The notes below the pieces were generated by a model, which did not search any database, was not told the DNA's origin, and saw nothing but the letters and a program-made list of their open reading frames with translations. Position numbers and translations under genes: made by a program. 64,000 nucleotides of DNA from Trypanosoma brucei (lineage: Eukaryota): assembly GCA_000002445.1 (NCBI GenBank), contig CP000070.1:352001-416000 (forward strand). The letters are read 5' to 3'. Below, piece after piece: positions 10,701-19,414 of this stretch. The stretch's first letter is position 1. The number at the start of each line of letters is the position of its first letter.

Positions 10701-12544
10701 ACATGTTGAAGTCGTATCTGCACTACCCTGGCGCTGCTACCACGAAGGTCGAACGAAAAGACGGTACAGCCGAAGGCGGCCAGCAAGGCTTGGAGTCTGA
10801 CAGTTCTGAAGAGGAGGGCTACGATGACCCCGACTGGGGTGATCAAGCTCCGCTCACACGTTCATTTGCGGGTGGGAACACTGGCGGTGAATCGCCTGCT
10901 GTTGGGGAGGTGATAGATCAGGAGGCGTTGAACAGCTTTTTAAACGTTGGTGTGACTGTACTCTCGGAGTTCGGTAAGCGGCAGGGCAAAAGAAAATCTA
11001 ACCACGATATGCCTGATAATCCTGTTGAACTGAGTGATATTCGTTCTCAGCGGAGAGACTCGGTGCCAGGGGGAGAGAGACGAAGTAGAAGACCATCCGC
11101 AGTATTCAGGCAAGGATTCTCGAGTCCGCGCGATGGCTGTGGAGACGGAAGGCCTAACCGATCCAAATCGGAGAGAAGAGCTTCTTTTGCGTTTGGAGAT
11201 TCCTGCGCTGCGAGTCCGAGAGGTGCTGACAAACACAACCGGGGTACCGCCGACGATGAAAATCGTTACCTTGGGGGTGACTGTTCGGTTGCGGGATCCG
11301 GAGGCGCATCTGCAGCGCAGACGAAATATTCAAGTGGAAACACGACTTCTACGTTCCGTGACCCTGTTGTTGCGTCCTCCAGCAGCATTGGATCATCGAA
11401 GTGCACTTCAGTTGCCACTGGGGATGCTAAAGGAGGTAACCTTACGGAGAAACCATCAGCACTGCCCAAGTCCAAGGATAAGCGGGACAAGAAATCCAAG
11501 GGAAACGCATCTGATGCTCCTCCAGAGGAGCTTCAACTAAAAAAATCACTGGAACAACTTTGTGAGGTTTGCCGCTCCGTGTCCTTTACCAGTTTGAGTG
11601 TTTCAGACAAGAAAAATCTGGAGGGAGCGAAGACAAATGTGCATCAAAGTCTGTCGTCTCTGTGCAAGGGGGTGGAAGTTGGACCAATTCGCCTCAAGAG
11701 CGAAGGTTGCTGCGAGGCGGTTTGCGATGCGTTATTCCATTTAATAGCGGAGGGTGATGTGACAAATCCCCTTGAGGGGGTGAGGGGCCCTCTGGCAGAA
11801 ACCCTGCTGCAACGCGTGGAGCTTTCTTGCCTCGCAAACCTTTTAGTGGCAAAGGAGATCCCCCTTCAGTGTGTATTGCATGGCCGGACGAACATCTTGA
11901 ATATTGTTATGGTTCCGAGTTGCGTGGAGGGGATGTGTGCCGACAGGTGGTCAACAATACTAACCGCCCTGCAAACGGACGCCCGTCGGGAGCGTGTCGA
12001 GTCCTTGCGGCTTTTATTTAAAGGTTTGAAGTACATGAAGGGGAAAGACTGTTTGCAGTCAATTAAACCGATGCTGCAGACGGCTGTCACTGCCGTACTG
12101 ATAGCTGAGTCGGCGCATGTAGCAGGCGAAAAGCTCTTTGCTCTTTTGGAGACAATTAAAAAAGAGGGGCGTATACCTATTGACTTTTGGGAGGAGGAAG
12201 ATTCCCGCAACCGGACGTTGTTCTCGCATGCGTGTGCATCGGGGAATGCAGAGCTTGTTGATGCGCTATGGTGCACCGGATTTGTGAAGTGTCCGAATAA
12301 GGTCCAAGGTGATGGAACCAACGGGTTAATGCAGGCGGTTATTAACAATCAACGGCGTGTTGTACAGTGGTTCTGTGACCATGCGATGGATTCAACCGAC
12401 AAAAGTTTTCAGCACGTACATCCCGTATATGGTGATGCCTTAAACATTGCTAAGGAGGTCGATGCCGACCTCCACGCCCTGATTGAGGCTAAAGTAGAGG
12501 AATTGAAGACATACCAATGGGCCTCAACCACGCAAAAACGTTAG
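7730..12544 (+). CDS. very large hypothetical protein of 1604 aa: helical N-terminal region, central cluster of ~5-6 TM helices, acidic/Ser/Arg-rich region, C-terminal ankyrin-like repeats
   Basis: TM cluster ITTLILLLINVVVILVTLSL ... LIPISYTLVVFTYAITASF ... FVFAMRGIAFVNASNALLITIAG ... WYTFLFYLVLFIVFVPF ... WTWLALVSIDVAATAFLLVPHVILFVIEPLMFALFFL. C-terminal ankyrin-like segment 'SHACASGNAELVDALWCTGFVKCPNKVQGDGTNGLMQAVINNQRRVVQWF'. Confidence 0.6.
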   Translation: MNVWAKQLHFQHQSQYRPLFTSMDAINESTLMSRAAPNAPKGISVLNKSVHESMHFPPAWVSLSVGHLDDAYSLSSKNNDVLCLAASLVMRGDTERALKMMEALIISSCVVVHERLKGLLSDDCSSLKRMSQVLLSHVRGRAALAAALGASIDPTSEECQQAAMGACEIVDWDVIHRWFIIALLLHDGDYKASDIVWFHHFFALPPMTTLDGSPKSATSARKRDADTLSAGFLGEGPTAMWAPMDASQMKDILLSHCGKDEVLLISTICAWKTRRYRSVTTSATEFLALAGGDQVILDDYMSIMVRFVLCMSLIELGERTLAGKEVAILMQHKEPFVAMVGCSIATFLLPLPECVGRITSFNGPIPRRRYLIALCEYIHALTLLQLGSMEAAIRVIREALPYSSSHNVGEWLLDILCIACTAIEDSKTISEWPVSVHRQLYLALAPAFFGGFNMHELKVNMKSPLGRMVYPRRTALCASIKQMLPVYMVRANQKFAKGEYVEAWENVTLAVACAEEIIGSVEFAFTDCSPMLVYAFGCRVGEHVIGELMSSSTSEEFSTCSVAGDTAALVQKSDMLGESVIQLCLQWARRIREFHPNARLGALTMSKCTTFAHTDNFLSRAMDVAHRYPGSALAQNCLTLALYGNHNIPEAADSAANALQTFPHTVEVKALYGYMLKKDGLYYYNYRGLIPVHCSPCNDYKWAKRNITTLILLLINVVVILVTLSLNLPNVFSLSETAREIAVRVQLPTLIPISYTLVVFTYAITASFTKNNLTHTILQDLFFDNGPLNRFVFAMRGIAFVNASNALLITIAGNNFLFTSHWYTFLFYLVLFIVFVPFTSHLWLLPSSDQPREAMWTWLALVSIDVAATAFLLVPHVILFVIEPLMFALFFLQGSTYRPTQDNVSGNVKKRLVIHTAYRNVMPSRYAVTTGSGFIHLSLLKLLFYKTHSSLSTKYLIRAQTDEENYRVFPLIEVFEPISPAPIELDEGTKYMLKSYLHYPGAATTKVERKDGTAEGGQQGLESDSSEEEGYDDPDWGDQAPLTRSFAGGNTGGESPAVGEVIDQEALNSFLNVGVTVLSEFGKRQGKRKSNHDMPDNPVELSDIRSQRRDSVPGGERRSRRPSAVFRQGFSSPRDGCGDGRPNRSKSERRASFAFGDSCAASPRGADKHNRGTADDENRYLGGDCSVAGSGGASAAQTKYSSGNTTSTFRDPVVASSSSIGSSKCTSVATGDAKGGNLTEKPSALPKSKDKRDKKSKGNASDAPPEELQLKKSLEQLCEVCRSVSFTSLSVSDKKNLEGAKTNVHQSLSSLCKGVEVGPIRLKSEGCCEAVCDALFHLIAEGDVTNPLEGVRGPLAETLLQRVELSCLANLLVAKEIPLQCVLHGRTNILNIVMVPSCVEGMCADRWSTILTALQTDARRERVESLRLLFKGLKYMKGKDCLQSIKPMLQTAVTAVLIAESAHVAGEKLFALLETIKKEGRIPIDFWEEEDSRNRTLFSHACASGNAELVDALWCTGFVKCPNKVQGDGTNGLMQAVINNQRRVVQWFCDHAMDSTDKSFQHVHPVYGDALNIAKEVDADLHALIEAKVEELKTYQWASTTQKR

Positions 12545-13856
12545 AGGGCATCAAAGCCGCTCTATTTGGATGATCATATGTATGTATTTCGCCTATAAGT
12601 AAGAGAGTGTGACTGTATTAATTGTTTTGAATGATATAGACAGGACATGGGCCGGAGTGGGGAAGTGTAAGTGTGTAACAAACAAATGAGACCAACAACA
12701 TTAAGGTAGATGTAGTTGAGGTTTTGATGGGCCAATATTCGAAACCAAAGGATGAAATTAGGGAAACGGAAGGGGAGGGTGAAGCAAAGAAATTTTCTTT
12801 GCGGATACAACTGTTGCAATGTTCGCTCCTGTTGCAACTTTTTATTTTTATTTTTAAACATGCAAACCAATACAATATCCAAATACTTGTGTTGTTATTA
12901 ATGAGTTTGTTATATCTATCATTGGGAACATATTTCCGAGTTGTGATCAACTCAGCGCAGTGGGGACCTTTTAAAAGGGGAGCAGGGTCAACTACTCAGA
13001 GGGAGAAAGTGATAATAATGACACTTTCTTTTTCATTGAAAATAAATAAATTATATTGTATTGGGGGTGTACATAAACATTCTTGATATATTCTCTATAG
13101 TCCCTTATGTTTTTTTTTAAAGCCCTCCTTCTTCGCCTTGTCTTACATATTACTGGTGCTGCACATGTTGATTGGAGATATAAACGAGGTGTTTCTTTTT
13201 TTTTTTCTGATACTGATATGGAAAATGTGGAAGAACGAAAAGCGGAGGAAGTTTGAGAAGGTTTTTAAAAATGTCACATCCGTTTCTGATCTTGTTTGCT
13301 TGGTTGTTCTTACAGAACGCTAAGCACGGAAAAGGAGTGAAAGGAAGCGTCCTCAACCGCACCTGCGACAGTTGTGCCACTTGCCGTCTGCTCCTTGATT
13401 ATTGAAACACTTCATCTTCTTGCTTCTCTTCCTTCTACCGTATCATTGGTTTTGTTGAATTTCCTTTCTACTGTTAGTGACGTATAAAATCACGTCTGCA
13501 CGTGTGAACAAATGCGGAGATGGAGCGTTTCCGTGCTATTGCGCACAACAGAGTATTCGTAGGGAACGGCAGCGGTATAAGGTGCTGCACTGAAATTGTC
13601 CCTAATGTACGCGCATAATAGTAAATTGGATCACCGCCGCGTGTCAGGTAATCGAGTACTAATCTAGTTTAAACCTGCTGAAGGTAACGGGAAGGAATCG
13701 CACGTTGGAGTATGGAGGAGGATTGGTGTGTGCGCATGAACGACCTGCCACCCTGTAGCGGAATTATCACAATTTACTGAAAGAGGAGCAAAAAGATGAA
13801 GCACGAAAAGGGGGGTTGACTTCCACTTTCCTTTCCCTTGCTTAGTTGTTTTTTTT

Positions 13857-13872
13857 GGGGGGGAGGGGAGGG
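13857..13872 (+). other. G-rich tract 'GGGGGGGAGGGGAGGG' with G-quadruplex-forming potential on the coding-sense strand
   Basis: Direct read, preceded by T8. About 140 nt upstream of the LRR gene ATG at 14013. Four or more G-runs of at least 3 separated by 1-nt loops if G7 is split. Confidence 0.5.
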
Positions 13873-14012
13873 ATGCACATGTGTATATATTTCTCTCTTT
13901 GTATTCCCAATTTGTTTTTTTTAGTAACCTTATTTGTAGGGTAAACGAGCTGCCCCTTGGAGTCGCTGAGTAGTGGGTTCATCGCCTTAGCCTCCGAGCT
14001 GTCTGAACCATC

Positions 14013-15359
14013 ATGCTCGCGGACCGCATAAATAGGATATGTGGTCTAAGGGGGAATCACAGACATACAATCAAGCCAGGTGCTTCCTTGGCAACGGTCT
14101 TTGACAATGATTCCTCCCAGGACTTGAAGATTGAAGTTTCTTGGAAGAGATTAACTTCCAAAGATTTGGATGGTATATGCCGTCTTATCGCGGAAGGAGA
14201 TGCCGGAGCGCTCGTGAAAGTTGTTCACCTCTCAGACAACGATCTTGGTCCGCAGGGGGCGCAGAAAGTCGTGACGGCGATGAACATGTCGGGTGTCCAG
14301 GATTTGCTGTTGTGTTTCAACGATGTTGGGAGAGAAGGTTGCGACGCACTCTCCAACATAGTGAGTATTTCAGTGAATTTGCGGCTGCTTGATTTACGTG
14401 GTAATGGCCTCACTCCCCGTTGTGTGCACAAGCTGCTCAAGGCGGTTGCTGTGTCCACCAGTTTGAAGCGCCTTGGGCTTGGATCCAACAAACTTGGACC
14501 GGAGGGCGCTGCCCTTCTGGCTCGAAAGTTAGAGAAGAACACATATCTCACTTCCCTTGACATCTCGCTGAACGAAATTGGACCGGGTGGTGCGAAGCCC
14601 ATTGCCAAACTTATAGAGGGACCTGAATGTGTGTTGGAGTGTGTGCAATTGTACGGAAACCGTCTCGGACCAGAAGGCGTTTCCGAGATTCTAGCGGCGG
14701 TTAAAAAGAATCGTTCTATTAAGCAGCTCACACTTGGAAACAACCACGCCACCGATGCCGTAGCCGCTGATCTTGCCGCCATGTTGCGTGAAAACACTTC
14801 GCTGGAGCGCTTAGATATTCGGCTAAACACCCTAACAGCGGCAGCCGTCCGTGTCTTTGCACAAGATGGTTTAGCACAAAACAGCGTGCTTCGGTCTCTC
14901 TGTCTTGCTGGAAATCCTCTTGACAGCATTGGAGGTGAGGATATATCCCAGGCACTTATTTTGTCCCAGGTGACCGTTCTCTCCCATTTGGACCTCAGCT
15001 CGTGCCAACTTGGGCCGATTGGCGGGATGCGTATCGCGAACCTCATTGGCACAAGCTCTACCATTACCGACGTGAACCTGAGTGACAATAAGCTGGACGA
15101 TGAGGCATCTGCTTCGCTTGCGAACAGCATTTTGAACGGCGTGTCGATTTCGTCGTTAAATCTATCTGCTAATGAGATTGGGGAGTGGAGCGCAAGCAAT
15201 TTGATCGAGGCAACTCAACGCAATTTCCGCATGATGTCACTTGTGCTCCATGGGAATAAAATCAACCGCACAGTCCAGAAAAAGATTGACACACTATTGG
15301 AGGAGCGCCTTGCTCGCAAAAATGCGGAGTGTCAGCGCACATCATCCTCTCGAGCATGA
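14013..15359 (+). CDS. leucine-rich repeat protein of 448 aa, RNI (ribonuclease-inhibitor)-like LRRs
   Basis: At least 10 tandem ~28-aa repeats of the RNI-type consensus L.xL.L..N.LG..GA..LA..L, e.g. LKRLGLGSNKLGPEGAALLARKLEKN, LTSLDISLNEIGPGGAKPIAKLIEG, LERLDIRLNTLTAAAVRVFAQ. Confidence 0.8.
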   Translation: MLADRINRICGLRGNHRHTIKPGASLATVFDNDSSQDLKIEVSWKRLTSKDLDGICRLIAEGDAGALVKVVHLSDNDLGPQGAQKVVTAMNMSGVQDLLLCFNDVGREGCDALSNIVSISVNLRLLDLRGNGLTPRCVHKLLKAVAVSTSLKRLGLGSNKLGPEGAALLARKLEKNTYLTSLDISLNEIGPGGAKPIAKLIEGPECVLECVQLYGNRLGPEGVSEILAAVKKNRSIKQLTLGNNHATDAVAADLAAMLRENTSLERLDIRLNTLTAAAVRVFAQDGLAQNSVLRSLCLAGNPLDSIGGEDISQALILSQVTVLSHLDLSSCQLGPIGGMRIANLIGTSSTITDVNLSDNKLDDEASASLANSILNGVSISSLNLSANEIGEWSASNLIEATQRNFRMMSLVLHGNKINRTVQKKIDTLLEERLARKNAECQRTSSSRA

Positions 15360-15711
15360 TATGATGTACCAACACCGTTCGCGTAACGTGGAGTTACATT
15401 GAGGGGAGCGTTCACCCTGTTGTCTCTTTCAAATGTATAGTTTAGACCAGTGAGCCTGACACAAAACAGAATTTCAGATCTTTTGTTAGAAGGTACACCG
15501 CGGTGGAATATTCCTTTCGTCAGTACTCACACTGGCGTGACGTTCGCCCTGTGTTGCAGTGCCATGTTTGGTTTGTGATGACCGTTCATCTTAACTTCAT
15601 GGTTGATTGTTCCTTAGCATCTGTTTCTCCCTTCCCCCTTGTCTAAATAACACTGACTCGCTACTTGTATGGAAAAAAAAATAAGAAAAAAAGGAGGTTT
15701 GAAATCTGCAA

Positions 15712-17178
15712 ATGAGCGCAAGCGACGGAGGGAGAAGCAGTAAAAGGAGCGGCAATGGCTGGTCCCGCGTAAAAAGGTGGTCTGCCAACGTTCCTGCCAC
15801 TTATGTCGAAGGAACGCAGATGTTAACCGTGGATGGAGCCCAGCAAACAGCAGTGGTGAATCCCTCCTGGAATCGGGGCTATAACCCTGCTGATTGCGCG
15901 TGGACGAGAGAAGGTGGGCTCAAACGGCACCGTACAGGTGACAACAATGCGGAGGATCGAAGGCTACGCCACAAGTCCAAGATGAGTACGCTGTGCCCCA
16001 AGACGGAACCGTTAGGAAGTAGCAACATGCCATTTGACTCGGAAGGTATCCATACTTTTGATGAAGGATTGCTTTCTTTCTTGGCAGCAGTTGCTCCCGA
16101 TGAGGAAGCGCACCGCAAGGCGAGATTGGTTATGCATGATGTAGCACAAACTCTATACAACGTCGGCTTGCAAGTAGCACTTTTCGGTAGTTGGTCTACA
16201 GGCCTTTGTATTCCAAGCAGTGACATGGATTTTGCGGCCGTTTCAGTGATACCACATGTTGCCGGCAGAACGAACAACTCCAATATGTTCCGGAGGAACT
16301 ATGAATACGGCGGAAGTTGTGGTATGGTGACAGAGTCTCTCTTTGCAAGTTTGAGTGATCCACCAGAATTTAAAAGAGAGCGGCAAAGAAATTACTCGTT
16401 GGCACTGCGGACTGTGGCGAAGAGCATGCGGTCTTCAAATTCCTTCTGTAGAATCGTTTGTATTCCACACGCCCGTGTGCCACTTGTTAAGGCTGTCCAT
16501 TCCTGTGGGAAAGCAGTTGATGTCTCATTCCAGAGCGATGGTCTGAAAACCACAGCTTTTCTACGTGATGAGTTCAGAAGAGAAGAATTCCGTCGAGCTC
16601 GGGGGCTCATCATGTTACTGAAGGCTCTGCTTGACAAGTGGGAGCTTAACGATCCCAGTAAAAATGGCCTCGGGTCTTTTCCCGTATCTATTATGGTTCT
16701 GTGGTTTCTGCGGGAGGAGGCACCAAAGGAATGCACTGGTGAGTCAGGGAATAACTATGCCACCCAATTTGTTGCTCTTCTGAAATACTACGGCACACAA
16801 TTTGACTATTTGAAGGAGGGAATTGACTATGCTAAGGGCTGCACGTTCACAAAGACGTCAACGGAACTGTTTATTGTGAACCCACTGAAACCCGGTGCCA
16901 ATTGTGCTTCATCTGCGACACTGTTCGATTCCCGTGTCGTGCCGAATCTGCGTGAGGCATATAGAGACCTTTTACCACTTCTTAAACCCAATGTTACCGC
17001 GTGTTTGATCGAGAGGACTCTTGGTAGAGTATTTGGTGTTTCGCAGAAAGCCTTGAGCAGAGGCAAGGCAATGTGGAAACACCGGCAGGACGCTCGTGCC
17101 TACGTTGGAGGCGCAACGGCGCAGCACCAGTGGGATGAATTGACAAACATGTACGTAGGAAATCCCATTGGGGTGTAA
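15712..17178 (+). CDS. Cid1/GLD-2 family non-canonical nucleotidyltransferase (TUTase or non-canonical poly(A) polymerase), 488 aa
   Basis: Pol-beta NTase signature 'FGSWSTGLCIPSSDMDFAAV' (G-S-x10-D-x-D). Downstream 'ARVPLVKAVHSCGKAVDVSFQSDG' matches the Cid1-family A(K/R)VP(I/L)VK...DISF block. The PAP-associated domain is 'LIMLLKALLDKWELNDPSKNGLGSFPVSIMVLWFLRE'. Confidence 0.75.
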   Translation: MSASDGGRSSKRSGNGWSRVKRWSANVPATYVEGTQMLTVDGAQQTAVVNPSWNRGYNPADCAWTREGGLKRHRTGDNNAEDRRLRHKSKMSTLCPKTEPLGSSNMPFDSEGIHTFDEGLLSFLAAVAPDEEAHRKARLVMHDVAQTLYNVGLQVALFGSWSTGLCIPSSDMDFAAVSVIPHVAGRTNNSNMFRRNYEYGGSCGMVTESLFASLSDPPEFKRERQRNYSLALRTVAKSMRSSNSFCRIVCIPHARVPLVKAVHSCGKAVDVSFQSDGLKTTAFLRDEFRREEFRRARGLIMLLKALLDKWELNDPSKNGLGSFPVSIMVLWFLREEAPKECTGESGNNYATQFVALLKYYGTQFDYLKEGIDYAKGCTFTKTSTELFIVNPLKPGANCASSATLFDSRVVPNLREAYRDLLPLLKPNVTACLIERTLGRVFGVSQKALSRGKAMWKHRQDARAYVGGATAQHQWDELTNMYVGNPIGV

Positions 17179-17678
17179 AGAAAATGAAGAGACACGTTCA
17201 GTGGTTGAATTGTCGACGAAGGAGATTGTTGTATTCATGTGGGAATGAAGAACTCTTCCGTCCACGGTAACTGGATTCTTGGGAGCGTACTTGGTTCCGG
17301 GGAAATGCGCTTTACCCTCCAAATGCAGACAAATGTCAACCATCTTCGGGTGCTACCGAGAAAGAGGGAGCCACTATACTCTGTATGCGCGCATCTCCGT
17401 GTTACATCTTTTATGGCATGGATGGCTTCACTGCCTTAACTCGCTGTGCTTGGGTTGTGTTCACTCAGCTCCCACCTTCGAGCTCCCCTAACGGTCGATA
17501 CTTTCCTGTCCTCCAGATAAACTGGCGACCCAATGCACATCCGTTATGGGTGCGCCCTATATCGATTTACCCATTCTCTACACGTGGTGACAATTTGTAA
17601 ATTTCACTTCACCTGCCACGCAGTCTCCCTAATATAGAAGGAGAAAAGGTACGAGGATTAGGGACCTCTTTAGATTTT

Positions 17679-18644
17679 ATGTTCGGAGAGCTGGTCTGCG
17701 GCCCACCCGGAAGTGGCAAAACAACGTACTGCGAGGGAAAACGGCAGTTTCTCAGCGTTTATGAACCCACACGACCCGTAGTACTGCTGAACCTGGACCC
17801 GGCCAATGAGGATATCTTTCCTTACCCTTGCGATGTCGATATACGTGAGGTTGTCTCGCATGTGCGTGTCATGGAAACGGAGGAACTTGGACCCAACGGT
17901 AGCTACTTGTTTTGTGCCGCTCTCATGGAGCGTCGCATCGACTGGATAATACAAAAGGTTGAGGAAGCCGTTGACCGCCGTTTGCGTGACGTGGTCATCA
18001 CTGGTGGGGGCTCCGTTCACCCCCGCCCTCCATATCTGATTATCGACTGCCCTGGGCAAGTGGAGTTCTATTTAGGTTCTCCTGTTATGCATACACTTTT
18101 CCGTGCACTGCAGAAGCGACTTTGCTGTACTCTCTGCACTGTGCATCTCGTAGACGCCAGTGTTTCAACACGCGACATTTCTACTTACGTTTCAAGTTGC
18201 TTGCTTAGCATCACAACGATGATTGACCACGAACTGCCGCATATTAACGTGTTTAGCAAATGGGATACCCTCTCGGTAGAGGACTCCGAGGAAGGAGAGG
18301 CTTATCTTCGCGCCTCAAGCTTTATGGCAGAGGACTTCGACAGATTGTGGAAGAAGCAACTTCGGCAACGCCGTCGCAATCAGCGGCTTGCGAAGTTGTA
18401 TCCCACTGGAGCGGAGAAGTTGGATGCTCGCGACGAACCGAGTGCGGCGGCGAGGGACGACATGGAGGTGGAGGCTATTGACCTGGAGAAGGACGGCGGT
18501 CACTTGTATCGCTACAGCAAGGCTGTAATGGAGGTTGTGGATGGTTATGGGTTAATTGGTTTTTTGCCGCTCGACGTTCAGTCACAGGATATGATGACGC
18601 GTCTAACGCAACAGATAGATGATTGCATCGGCAACTTTCTATGA
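17679..18644 (+). CDS. GPN-loop GTPase, GPN2/GPN3-type (XAB1/Npa3 family)
   Basis: P-loop 'GPPGSGKTTYC', 'NLDPANE', the eponymous 'LGPNGS' GPN motif and 'IIDCPGQVEF', nearly collinear with human GPN2. Length 321 aa. Confidence 0.85.
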   Translation: MFGELVCGPPGSGKTTYCEGKRQFLSVYEPTRPVVLLNLDPANEDIFPYPCDVDIREVVSHVRVMETEELGPNGSYLFCAALMERRIDWIIQKVEEAVDRRLRDVVITGGGSVHPRPPYLIIDCPGQVEFYLGSPVMHTLFRALQKRLCCTLCTVHLVDASVSTRDISTYVSSCLLSITTMIDHELPHINVFSKWDTLSVEDSEEGEAYLRASSFMAEDFDRLWKKQLRQRRRNQRLAKLYPTGAEKLDARDEPSAAARDDMEVEAIDLEKDGGHLYRYSKAVMEVVDGYGLIGFLPLDVQSQDMMTRLTQQIDDCIGNFL

Positions 18645-19414
18645 CGCGAAACTTCTCTATTCGTCTCCACCGGTGCCTGCGCGTATGCCGTGCTGTGCGG
18701 ACAGTACCCTTGGTACAGCTTCTCAATGGCTATGCGGCGAGCGAGATATAACACATGCTCTAAGACTTTTTACGCGGAACGTCACCAATGTTGTTTTAGT
18801 GGATCGTTGCTGGGGATATTCGCCCTAAAAGCTGTACGAAAGCTTCCACTTCTCTAATCAACTGTGACATGCAAGGTTTCGTGGAAGGGAAGTTATCTGA
18901 AATTTTACTATGATCAGGTGCAGTCCCTCAGCACAAATGTAAATGGTGGTGATCTGATTCCACGCAGCTTCCGTAGTGGTTCAGAGAGCGGCCTCCCGCA
19001 CGCCCGTTCGTGTTTACTTCATTACCCGGAAGGTTGGCCCTCAAACTATCGTGATAAAACCTTGAAGTTTTGGATAGCTGTCACAGGACGTGCAAGGCAG
19101 ACACTATGTAATGGCGGCTGCGGTTTCCCCTTCACGGCCAGAAATGGGTCGTGTCACCGTGTCAACCCACGTGGTAGAATGAGTTTTCTTTTCTCTCTTT
19201 TTTTGTTCTTTGATCGTGGGGTTGTTGCCAAAATTTTGGTCAATCGGGTATGACGAGAAATCGTGTGTAACTCGCACGTGTCCGTATGCGCACAGATCGT
19301 AATGTATGTGGCAAGACCCCCTTCCCGTATGTGAGTGCCCCCTTTTCCTGGCTTCCACTTGAACTTCCTTCCTTATATTCTCCTATAATTTGACACAGTG
19401 TATTTGTCATCAAG

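Noticed and set aside
12574-13380. Several 60-120 codon ORFs on both strands in the AT-rich spacer (e.g. 12724..13086 +, 12618..12950 -)
   Set aside because: They are low-complexity Leu/Ile/Phe/Lys-rich translations of AT-rich repeats, overlap each other on both strands and have no motif. They are spacer sequence.
14225-15199. 324-aa ORF on the minus strand
   Set aside because: It lies entirely antisense to the well-supported LRR gene (14013-15359). Its translation is Ser/Arg/Pro-rich low-complexity with no motif. It is a typical antisense open frame caused by GC3-rich codon usage on the sense strand.
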